DNA from: a virus
Virus record (IMG/VR): IMGVR_UViG_3300020045_002743
Span: 27,263-91,262 of that record
Reading direction: 5' to 3' (one strand)
DNA length: 64,000 bases
The position numbers and the translations under genes are program-made. Position 1 is the first letter of the stretch. The number at the start of each line of letters is the position of its first letter. Shown in pieces: positions 1-7,417 of the stretch. The notes under the pieces were generated by a model. That model was not told the DNA's origin and made no database searches. It saw nothing but the letters and a program-made list of their open reading frames with translations.

Positions 1-229
1 AAAAGTCCCAACATGCTGGATATATGCATTGACCATACTCCGTATATTCCCCGTTATCCCTATCTACATCTAAACTATATAACCCGTCACCATTAGTTAG
101 AATATCTGCTTCATACTCAATAAGCTCTTTTTCAATATCTTGTAGACCACAAACTGTGATTTTACCATTTATTTCATAAATAAATGTGTCCACATCTCCA
201 AACTTCATGACCTTAATTTTAATACTCAT
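1..229 (-). CDS. hypothetical protein (partial, runs off window start)
   Basis: ATG at 229 overlaps the TGA of the upstream ORF (TGATG); frame open to window edge (MSIKIKVMKFGDVDTF...). Confidence 0.6.
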   Translation of the reverse strand, partial: MSIKIKVMKFGDVDTFIYEINGKITVCGLQDIEKELIEYEADILTNGDGLYSLDVDRDNGEYTEYGQCIYPACWDF

Positions 230-477
230 CATTTATCCTCATGATTTGGTAGAACATTATCCCTTGTGTATAAATTATTCGCTTTCAACACTGAGGATAA
301 CACACGATTCTCTTCTGTCAAAGCTTTCTTTTCCTCCAAGGTCTGTTTCACCAAATACTCTAGTGCTTTGTGGTAAGGCATGTTCAGGATATTTGGGCGC
401 ATAAGTAGCTCTTGGATCGTTCCCGACGAGCGATCTGGATCAAGACCAACAAGGAATCGTATCTCGTTTTCTTTCAT
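229..477 (-). CDS. hypothetical protein
   Basis: 82-aa ORF with GAGGA RBS, co-oriented with neighbours. Confidence 0.65.
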   Translation of the reverse strand: MKENEIRFLVGLDPDRSSGTIQELLMRPNILNMPYHKALEYLVKQTLEEKKALTEENRVLSSVLKANNLYTRDNVLPNHEDK

Positions 478-508
478 GTGTTTTCCTCGGTAACTTCTCT
501 CTCTTTAT

Positions 509-736
509 TCATTTATGCAGCCCACCTTTGATAAAAAATAGAGCAGAACCTACGAATACGGGTGCTAGTACAAAAGTTATTACGCAGGCCTTAGTGAAGG
601 CAAAAATGCCTACAGATAACAAGCCTGAAACAATAAAAGACTGTAAGCCCTCCAGAATACATACAATCAGTCCTATATGCCACCACATCAAACAAAAATC
701 CCAAACTTCTTTAAACCAATTTTCAAAATATTTCAT
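509..736 (-). CDS. small membrane protein
   Basis: Hydrophobic stretches; GGAGG RBS upstream. Confidence 0.6.
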   Translation of the reverse strand: MKYFENWFKEVWDFCLMWWHIGLIVCILEGLQSFIVSGLLSVGIFAFTKACVITFVLAPVFVGSALFFIKGGLHK

Positions 737-1072
737 CAAACCCTCCAGCAGCTATTCATATTGTAAGGTGGTACCAAATAGATTTCAGCAAATGCGTTCG
801 CAGATTCTCTTGTGGAGAACTCAGCTAGCTTCTCACGTTTGTAAAATATTGCAAAGCGTTTCTTACCATAGGGTTTTTCTATTAGCTTAAGTTTTGTCAT
901 TGATCTTCTCCTGTGTATACGGAGATATGTGAACCTTTATAGCAGTGATCTTCAAAATATTTAGGATCGGTATCTGTGATTCTAGAATCCTCTGCCCATT
1001 TCTTTAGGGCGTAAATTTCAATACTATTTTCCGCAACTATGTTTAAAGTGCCGTCTGCACTCATTACTACTT

Positions 1073-1255
1073 TCATTTAGTCATATCCTCAATACGCTTA
1101 CGCATATGTTCGTCTGTATCATACCAACCTGACAGGTAAGCTGTAAATCCACTTTCTTGCCACGAGCAATGACCGTTTGGTTTATTTTCTGGGTCATACC
1201 CGTAACACTTGCGGCTGATACCACGGATCTCTGATAGCTGATCAAGCATGTTCAT
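1073..1255 (-). CDS. hypothetical protein
   Basis: 60-aa ORF coupled (ATGA) to upstream gene. Confidence 0.6.
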   Translation of the reverse strand: MNMLDQLSEIRGISRKCYGYDPENKPNGHCSWQESGFTAYLSGWYDTDEHMRKRIEDMTK

Positions 1256-1695
1256 GCCCGATACTCCACGCGAAAGTTCTCAATAATTATTTCATCCCCA
1301 CACTGCACATCACCATTATCTAGATGTGCAAGCTCTGTATATTCTCGTGAGAGAAATAGTTTCTTGTTACAATCACAAGAATAGTTCCCATCTTCATACA
1401 TATACTCTGCACCGCCTTCCCAATGACCGTAACCGAAATCCTGTTCGTGATAGTATGACTTACCTTCATACACAAGATCCATACAAGCTATGGTTCGATT
1501 GTGAATATCCCCCTCTCCTTCGTCGGTTACTATAGTGCCTTTTGTCCAATTTCTAGCTTTCTGTACTAAATCTTTCATTTCAGACTCTGTTTCAAAGTAA
1601 TAGTACAGGGTGTCATCATGATTTTTGGTTGGTGGGTATTCTTTAATAAACTCTTTCTGTCCACCACCCCAAGCCTTTACCATATAATTCTGCAT
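1252..1695 (-). CDS. hypothetical protein with GNYSCDCN motif
   Basis: Start moved to ATG 1695 behind AAGGAGAG RBS; lies directly downstream of a sigma70-like promoter. Confidence 0.7.
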   Translation of the reverse strand: MQNYMVKAWGGGQKEFIKEYPPTKNHDDTLYYYFETESEMKDLVQKARNWTKGTIVTDEGEGDIHNRTIACMDLVYEGKSYYHEQDFGYGHWEGGAEYMYEDGNYSCDCNKKLFLSREYTELAHLDNGDVQCGDEIIIENFRVEYRA

Positions 1696-1725
1696 TTCTT
1701 CTCTCCTTCTATATTTGATAGTTAA

Positions 1726-1754
1726 AGAATAACACAAGGTCTTTAGGAAAGCAA
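1726..1754 (-). promoter_or_regulatory. sigma70-like leftward promoter
   Basis: TTGCTT-17-TATTCT. Confidence 0.6.
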
Positions 1755-1844
1755 CAGATTTTATCAAATAAATAAATCTTTACACAAACTCAAATACGTG
1801 TTACAATGTTGTATAGAAAGAGAGAAAATAAATTTAAATCTCTA

Positions 1845-1873
1845 TTGCTTTATAAGATTTTATGCTGTACAAT
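1845..1873 (+). promoter_or_regulatory. sigma70-like rightward promoter
   Basis: TTGCTT-17-TACAAT. Confidence 0.65.
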
Positions 1874-1878
1874 TTATT

Positions 1879-2185
1879 CATCTACTAAAAATGTAGATCG
1901 GAACAGAGAGATATGTAGCACTCACCGTACTGTTCTTAAAAGCCTATGAAGAGAACCATGAAGGGCTAACCCGAGTAATTAGAGCTTGTTGAGGGGAAGT
2001 GGCTAGACTTACAATCTTAGGATTGTCTAGGTAAGACAAGCAATTCATCTGGCCTCAAGCCAGCCTAGTGACATCTCAATTAGGATGTACAAAGGGGAGA
2101 AGTTATGCTAAGGTTACTCCTAATGCAAATTAAATTTTGTATGGGGTTCCCTAGGCTAGTTGTAACTTCTCCTAGCTCAAAACTC
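1879..2185 (+). ncRNA. candidate ~300-nt structured ncRNA (or structured DNA element)
   Basis: No ORF; many inverted repeats (GGAGAAGTTA/TAACTTCTCC, GCTTGTT/GACAAGC, ACAATC/GATTGT, CTGGC/GCCAG, ATCTAC/GTAGAT); starts just after a promoter. Confidence 0.5.
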
Positions 2186-2241
2186 ATTAGGATATTATAT
2201 AACTATATCTACTTAGTAAGAATAGAGATAAGGAGAAAGAG

Positions 2242-2424
2242 ATGTATGAAGGTTTAGAAGAGCTAAAGAAAGATTATAATAAATACAATCCATACTTAGC
2301 AACAGGAGAAGATCTTGATCGTATAGGCGAGCTTTGTGGTTTAAAAAGAGAATATAATGAATGGCTAGAATCTGATAGGGATTTCAGGATTAGGGTTTTA
2401 TATGAGTTAGTTAAATATATTTAA
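2242..2424 (+). CDS. mini-protein resembling baseplate wedge (gpJ/DUF2612) core motif
   Basis: AAGGAGA RBS; YNPYLATGEDLDRIGELCGLKR..ESDRDFRIR resembles FDPNSATGIALDNLVALGGITR/ETDEELRLR (28755 ORF) and ATGAQLDVIGRIVGQER (30208 ORF). Confidence 0.6.
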   Translation: MYEGLEELKKDYNKYNPYLATGEDLDRIGELCGLKREYNEWLESDRDFRIRVLYELVKYI

Positions 2425-2493
2425 CTTAGCTATTGACATCTGTTATTCAATAGTGATACTCTTCATATTATAAATCAAAGAAGGAGTCCACTT

Positions 2494-2670
2494 ATGGGCG
2501 AAGCTGTATTTTGCTCGTATTGTGGCGAGCTAGAAAGTGATTGTGTATGTGATGTTGTAATTGAGTATCTAGAAGACAATGATCCTGACTTCAAATTTGA
2601 ATGGGCTCATGAGTCAACGACAGAATTGAACTCAACATCATTTAGAATTATTTTACCAATTTATGAATAA
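2494..2670 (+). CDS. 58-aa Cys-rich hypothetical protein
   Basis: AAGGAG RBS; MGEAVFCSYCGELESDCVC...; TTGACA promoter at 2433. Confidence 0.55.
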   Translation: MGEAVFCSYCGELESDCVCDVVIEYLEDNDPDFKFEWAHESTTELNSTSFRIILPIYE

Positions 2671-2674
2671 ATAC

Positions 2675-2703
2675 TTGACAAATAACCATTGTTCATATAA
2701 ACT
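2675..2703 (+). promoter_or_regulatory. sigma70-like promoter for ncRNA/tRNA cluster
   Basis: TTGACA-17-TAAACT. Confidence 0.65.
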
Positions 2704-2728
2704 AAAAGAACTGAATAAGAAAAGATTT

Positions 2729-3050
2729 ATGCGAGGCCAGATAACCCTTTATTGGTTATCGAAAGGTAGGGCACTACTCAAGGCTGACTAATTTTGTCTG
2801 TCTCCTACACAGCTCGCACTTAACACATTCAATCTTCGTCAAGATTGTCTAATTCCCTTTAAGGGGCTTGAAGAATTCTGACGAGAGTTTAAAGTCTTCC
2901 CTTTGTGTGACGGAGAGCAATGAATTAGCTGAAAGGCAAAAAGAGCATGCAGTTCAATTCTGCTCGGTAGCTGAGGGTTGGTACGCAACCGTTCGATTCG
3001 GTTCTAGTCTATCTGGTGATAGAAGCTTGACTGATGGAAAGACATCACAA
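2729..3050 (+). ncRNA. structured RNA(s) 5' of tRNAs, with two T-loop-like arms
   Basis: TGCGAG/CTCGCA-closed junction; GCAG-TTCAATT-CTGC and AACCG-TTCGATT-CGGTT arms; TGATG-GAAAGA-CATCA hairpin. Confidence 0.45.
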
Positions 3051-3055
3051 ATTAT

Positions 3056-3128
3056 TGGGGAGTAGCACAGCGGTAGATGCGCAAAGCTGTTAACTTTGAT
3101 GTCGCAGGTTCGAATCCTGCCTCCCTAG
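3056..3128 (+). tRNA. tRNA-Asn(GTT)
   Basis: Acceptor TGGGGAG/CTCCCTA, anticodon arm CAAAG-CTGTTAA-CTTTG, GTTCGAATC T-loop; CCA not fully encoded. Confidence 0.92.
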
Positions 3129-3134
3129 CCTTTC

Positions 3135-3208
3135 GCCCTTCTCGTATATTGATATTACATCTGTTTTGTAATCAGAATAAGGCAGTTTGATTCTGTCGTG
3201 GGGCACCA
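3135..3208 (+). tRNA. tRNA-Thr(TGT)
   Basis: GCCCTTC/GTGGGGC acceptor, TTTGTAA anticodon loop, GTTTGATTC T-loop, ACCA end. Confidence 0.8.
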
Positions 3209-3272
3209 GCTTAGAAAGCTAGATAAGCGTCGGGTAACAGAGACTAGCGAACATATCTCGACAGCGACCAAT

Positions 3273-3349
3273 ATTCCCGTAATTCAACTGGATAGAATAT
3301 CTGTCTTCTAAACAGAACGTTGCTGGATCGTACCCAGCCGGGAATACCA
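3273..3349 (+). tRNA. tRNA-Arg(TCT)
   Basis: ATTCCCG/CGGGAAT acceptor, TCTGT-CTTCTAA-ACAGA, ACCA end; atypical T-loop ATCGTAC. Confidence 0.85.
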
Positions 3350-3354
3350 GATAT

Positions 3355-3434
3355 GCGGATGTAGGTCGCCCCTACAGCTTTAGACAAGAATTCAGAGGCA
3401 TCTGAAAGATCAATTTAAAGTGGCCTCCGCACCA
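3355..3434 (+). ncRNA. CCA-ended tRNA-like small RNA (non-canonical)
   Basis: GCGGA/TCCGC acceptor-like stem + ACCA; internal hairpins but no anticodon or T-arm consensus. Confidence 0.45.
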
Positions 3435-3484
3435 GTTTCACCCACAATCACTAAGATTAAGTCTAAAAAGATTGTGGTATTCAC

Positions 3485-3618
3485 GCTGTCATCTCCTCTC
3501 CTAAGACAGCACTTAAGATATTCTCTGTTCCTCCTCTCTCCTCGCAGAGAATATCTTCTGGCCTTGGATAGATTATACTAGTCCTCTCCTTCTAATATAA
3601 TCTTCGCTAACAGGGCCA
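3485..3618 (+). ncRNA. candidate sRNA: three hairpins with anti-Shine-Dalgarno (CUCUCCU) loops
   Basis: Stems GCTGTC/GACAGC, AAGATATTCTCTG/CAGAGAATATCTT, GATTATA/TATAATC, each with a TCCTCTC(T)CCT-type loop. Confidence 0.6.
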
Positions 3619-3707
3619 TTTCTTAAGCGTTCTTCTTCATTATGAATACTACAGGGCATAGCCGGTAAGTTCGCTTAAGAAATCACTTATTCATAGGAAC
3701 ATACATT

Positions 3708-4121
3708 ATGGCTGGTAATTCGAAAGATAAACAGACCGATAAGCAAAAAAGTACACAGTTCCAAGGTGAACGTAGCAATAGAAATACCAAAGGCAATAGC
3801 AAGGTTCGTATTACTAAGTCAAAACTTCGTGCAACTGCTGAAAAGCTTCGTGAGATTGAGCCTAAAGCACTTGAGAACATCAAGAATAGTGTTGAAGGTA
3901 TTGAAGTTGACGCTAAACAGCTTTCAACCAGTCAATGGGTAATTACGAGCATCATTTCTCTGGACCGTGCAGCAAGCGGAGAAGAGGCAGCCTTGACCAA
4001 GATTCGTCTTGAAGGTAAGCGTACGGACGATGATGAAGATGAGCAGAGAGAAGCTGCTGAGATTGTAAAGCTCGTACCTCGATTAAAGCTTACCTTTGAT
4101 GAGCCACCCAAAGAAGATTAA
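3708..4121 (+). CDS. putative terminase small subunit / DNA-binding protein
   Basis: N-terminal STQFQGERSNRNTKG resembles TerS-type N-terminal motifs; helical, acidic C-terminus; no other TerS candidate seen. Confidence 0.4.
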   Translation: MAGNSKDKQTDKQKSTQFQGERSNRNTKGNSKVRITKSKLRATAEKLREIEPKALENIKNSVEGIEVDAKQLSTSQWVITSIISLDRAASGEEAALTKIRLEGKRTDDDEDEQREAAEIVKLVPRLKLTFDEPPKED

Positions 4122-4265
4122 AAGAATTTGTAGTGAGCCAGTGTGAAACGGTAGGCTTTAAATGGAGCGAGTACTCCCAGCTACAAACCTAACTAGATCG
4201 TAAGGTCTGGTATCGTCCTTTGCCTAGGACACCCGGAACCTCTGGCGGGGTTCCATCTATTCCAA

Positions 4266-4340
4266 GGGTCCATAGTTCAGTCCGGTTAGAACAGTGACCT
4301 CATAAGTCATTTGTCGTAAGTTCAAGTCTTACTGGACCCA
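4266..4340 (+). tRNA. tRNA with CAT anticodon (Met or lysidine-modified Ile2)
   Basis: GGGTCCA/TGGACCC acceptor, GTGAC-CTCATAA-GTCAT, GTTCAAGTC T-loop. Confidence 0.88.
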
Positions 4341-4357
4341 CCCCACATAAAAGGAGA

Positions 4358-4699
4358 ATGACAATGCTCACTGTAAAACGTGGGGACACTTTCGATCAAC
4401 TTGTCAGTCTCCCCGATACATTTGCTGATGGCTATTTTGTAGGCTGGACAATCACATCACAGATTAGGACATCACAATACTCAAGGCTAATTTCTGAGTT
4501 TAGTCCTACATGGCTTGACCCTGTAACCACAAGAGTAGTTAAGCTTTTCATGCTTGATACACAATCTTGGCCTATTGGTATATTACAATTAGATATTCAG
4601 TTTACAAGAAACTCTGATTCCTACGTTATTAGTACACAAACTCTTGATGTAACAGTAACCAAGGATATTACCTTTCCAACTCCAGTGGTGTCTGTGTGA
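4358..4699 (+). CDS. BppU-N-like virion adaptor protein
   Basis: KRGDT N-terminus, beta-rich 113 aa, coupled to fibre gene. Confidence 0.5.
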   Translation: MTMLTVKRGDTFDQLVSLPDTFADGYFVGWTITSQIRTSQYSRLISEFSPTWLDPVTTRVVKLFMLDTQSWPIGILQLDIQFTRNSDSYVISTQTLDVTVTKDITFPTPVVSV

Positions 4700-7194
4700 T
4701 TGAAGTAGAATTTGCTGGTCAGTATTTCAAAGGTGATAAAGGTTTAAACTGGAAAGCTGCATATGTTAACACAACAGCTTATCTAAAAGACGATGCTGTA
4801 TTTTATAATGGATCGAGTTATGTAGCTCTCCAAAACAGTACAGGAAATCTTCCAACTAATACCACTTTTTGGAGCATCCTTGCTCAGAAGGGAGATAACG
4901 GTTCCGGTTCCTCTGTCACATCTGTGAACGCTAAGATTGGAGATGTTGTCCTTGTTCCTTCTGATATTGGTGCTGCTACGTCGGCTCAAGGTGCATTAGC
5001 GAACACTGCTGTACAACCATCTGGTCTGAACAAAGCTGCTGTAGGATTATCTAACGTAGATAATACCTCAGATATTAATAAACCAATCTCTACAGCTGTT
5101 CAGTCTTCGTTAGATTTGAAAGCCCCTCTTAACTCTCCGTCCTTTACAGGTACTGTCACCGGTCTTACAAAAGCAACAGTTGGGCTAGATAATATCGACA
5201 ATACTGCCGATATTGATAAACCTCTAAGTACCCTACAGACTAACGCATTATCTCTAAAGGCACCCCTAAATTCCCCAACGTTTACGGGTACAGTGGGCGG
5301 GCTCAATAAGACGTTCGTAGGTCTTGGTTCAGTTGATAACACTTCTGACTTAAATAAACCAGTAAGTACTGCACAACAAGCTGCACTTAATCTGAAGGCC
5401 AATGTAGAATCTCCAGCATTCACCGGGAACGTTATTGGCGTCGATAAGACAATGGTTGGCTTGTCTAATGTGGATAACACCACAGATGCAAACAAACCTA
5501 TCAGTACAGCCCAAGCTGCTGCCTTGGCATTGAAAGCCCCACTGGATTCACCAGCTTTTACTGGCACGGTTACAGGATTAACTAAATCAACTGTTGGTTT
5601 AGGAAATGTTGACAATACTAGTGATCTGAATAAGCCTATCTCAACGGCTGCTCAGGCGGCATTGAATCTAAAAGCTAACTTAGCTTCACCTACGTTCACA
5701 GGAACTGTAGGCGGGATTACAGCTAGTATGGTCGGTCTTGGTAATGTCAATAACACAGCAGACACAACCAAACCAATTTCAACAGCAACTCAAAGCGCAT
5801 TAGACCTTAAGGCTCCTTTAGCCTCACCAACCTTTACAGGAACAGTGAGTGGTATTTCTGCCGCCATGGTTGGCCTAGGTAATGTAAATAATACGAGTGA
5901 TGCTAACAAACCAGTAAGCTCAGCTACCCAAACAGCTCTGAACCTTAAGGCTGATTTGACAACGCTAGCTAATTATCGGCTACTTACAAACAACGCATTT
6001 ACTGGAACATCTGCTGCCACTGCATTTCCTACATCTGTTGGACAATTAGCACCAACCACTAGCACAGCAATGACTTGGACACCTCTAACAGCCTCACAAG
6101 CTGTAGTCCCAGCCATGCTAACCACTCTTAACATTAATACAGCAACAGCTAACACTGTCACTAACAGTCATGGTATTGGTGAGCTTGTTATTACAACTGT
6201 TCAAGGTGGTGGCTATTGTGACCTGTCTTTTGCAAAAGAATATCGTTTTGCAATGCAGAATGCTAGTACAGCTGGTCAGTTCATCGGAACTAAATATGTA
6301 TTTGAACCAGACAGCACTAACAGTGGTACGCTAAATACTTTTATCACTGAACAGTTTGATAATATGACAACAAGCGTTACGTGGATTAGTAATTTCCAAC
6401 GTAATTTCCTTGATCCTCGTATGGTTACATATCATGCTGGAGGACAAGTAGCGTTTGCTCAAATTATTACTGGTAATTACACGTTCACAGATAAAGATTC
6501 TGGTAAGACATTTGTCTATAATTCAGCATCTCTTGGGACGATGACATTTGGTGCTGGTATTACCAATGGGTTTAAAGTTACAATTAAGCATGGTTTAGGT
6601 GGTGCTGGTGTAACACTTGTTTCCTCATCAAGAACAATAGTAAACAACGCAACCCGTATTGCTTCTTTGTTTGCACTTGATGAAGTCACTGTTGAGGCTT
6701 TAGATCCAGGTGGATTCTTAACTTTAAACTGGAAAGATCCCCTTCCAACTTATTCTGTTAATAATACAACCTCTATCACCAGAAACGTAACTACCAACAG
6801 TTCTGTATCAGATCTTACTGTAAACCTTGAAGCCAATTCTGTTTATGAAGTAAGTTTTAATTGTGCCTACACTACAACAGCTACTGCACAAAGTCTGAAA
6901 CTTGGATATGCGAGTACAGCAACAGGGACTACTTTCCTATTTGATGCTGGTGTTCAAATAACTAACGTCGCAGGTACAGCTTCTACAGTATTAGGCCCAC
7001 TTAATACTACAGCAGCAACAATTGCAGGGACAGCTTCTGTTGCAAGTGTTGAGCAGAATGCTTTCATACGTGGTAAGATAATCACATCCTCAACTGCTGG
7101 TAACTTTGCTATTCAAGTAGGGGCAATCTCTACAGCTACCACGCTGACAATAGCAATTGGTAGGGCACCGCTCTTAATCAAGAAGATTAAGTAA
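4696..7194 (+). CDS. virion fibre protein with 46-aa tandem repeats
   Basis: KGDKG/W..Y...D.V.YNGSSY N-terminus; ~7 VGL.NV.NT.D..KP.ST repeats; T/S/A-rich. Confidence 0.75.
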   Translation: MIEVEFAGQYFKGDKGLNWKAAYVNTTAYLKDDAVFYNGSSYVALQNSTGNLPTNTTFWSILAQKGDNGSGSSVTSVNAKIGDVVLVPSDIGAATSAQGALANTAVQPSGLNKAAVGLSNVDNTSDINKPISTAVQSSLDLKAPLNSPSFTGTVTGLTKATVGLDNIDNTADIDKPLSTLQTNALSLKAPLNSPTFTGTVGGLNKTFVGLGSVDNTSDLNKPVSTAQQAALNLKANVESPAFTGNVIGVDKTMVGLSNVDNTTDANKPISTAQAAALALKAPLDSPAFTGTVTGLTKSTVGLGNVDNTSDLNKPISTAAQAALNLKANLASPTFTGTVGGITASMVGLGNVNNTADTTKPISTATQSALDLKAPLASPTFTGTVSGISAAMVGLGNVNNTSDANKPVSSATQTALNLKADLTTLANYRLLTNNAFTGTSAATAFPTSVGQLAPTTSTAMTWTPLTASQAVVPAMLTTLNINTATANTVTNSHGIGELVITTVQGGGYCDLSFAKEYRFAMQNASTAGQFIGTKYVFEPDSTNSGTLNTFITEQFDNMTTSVTWISNFQRNFLDPRMVTYHAGGQVAFAQIITGNYTFTDKDSGKTFVYNSASLGTMTFGAGITNGFKVTIKHGLGGAGVTLVSSSRTIVNNATRIASLFALDEVTVEALDPGGFLTLNWKDPLPTYSVNNTTSITRNVTTNSSVSDLTVNLEANSVYEVSFNCAYTTTATAQSLKLGYASTATGTTFLFDAGVQITNVAGTASTVLGPLNTTAATIAGTASVASVEQNAFIRGKIITSSTAGNFAIQVGAISTATTLTIAIGRAPLLIKKIK
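5032..5955 (+). repeat. 138-bp (46-aa) degenerate coding tandem repeat, ~7 units
   Basis: VGLxNVDNTxDxxKPxSTAxQxALxLKAxLxSPxFTGTVxGxx, last unit partial. Confidence 0.9.
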
Positions 7195-7237
7195 ATATCC
7201 TTAATTATATTTTAAGGTATAATTAGGTAAAAGGATT

Positions 7238-7289
7238 TAGTAGTTTTTTAGAATGCCTTCCACAAGAGGGCATTCTCTAAAGATTACTT
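7238..7289 (+). terminator. long hairpin (terminator or RNase III-type site)
   Basis: AGAATGCC/GGCATTCT core extended by TAGTAG/TTACTA. Confidence 0.45.
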
Positions 7290-7417
7290 ATAGAGTCTAG
7301 ACGACTCTTTTTCAAAGCAGACGAGGCTGCCTAACTAAAAGCCTGTGTTGTCTGTCTACAGGCTATAATCCCTCAGAACAAGACAATCCCTAATAAAAAT
7401 AAAATAGGATTGTTAAA

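Noticed and set aside
2878-2940. CTGACGA (and CTGATGA at ~10449) as hammerhead ribozyme cores
   Set aside because: Not followed by stem II + GAAA; the bases are used in ordinary stems
2868-3065. 65-aa ORF in the ORF track
   Set aside because: TTG start with no convincing RBS; runs through the structured RNA and into tRNA-Asn
5100-5615. Long antisense ORFs (also 15779-16393, 45681-46256, 54069-54539, 54849-55319 and others)
   Set aside because: Shadows of codon-biased genes on the opposite strand, with no RBS or motifs
5032-5955. Periodic repeat as a CRISPR-like array
   Set aside because: In-frame 138-bp coding repeats with synonymous divergence and no unique spacers; no CRISPR array seen in the window
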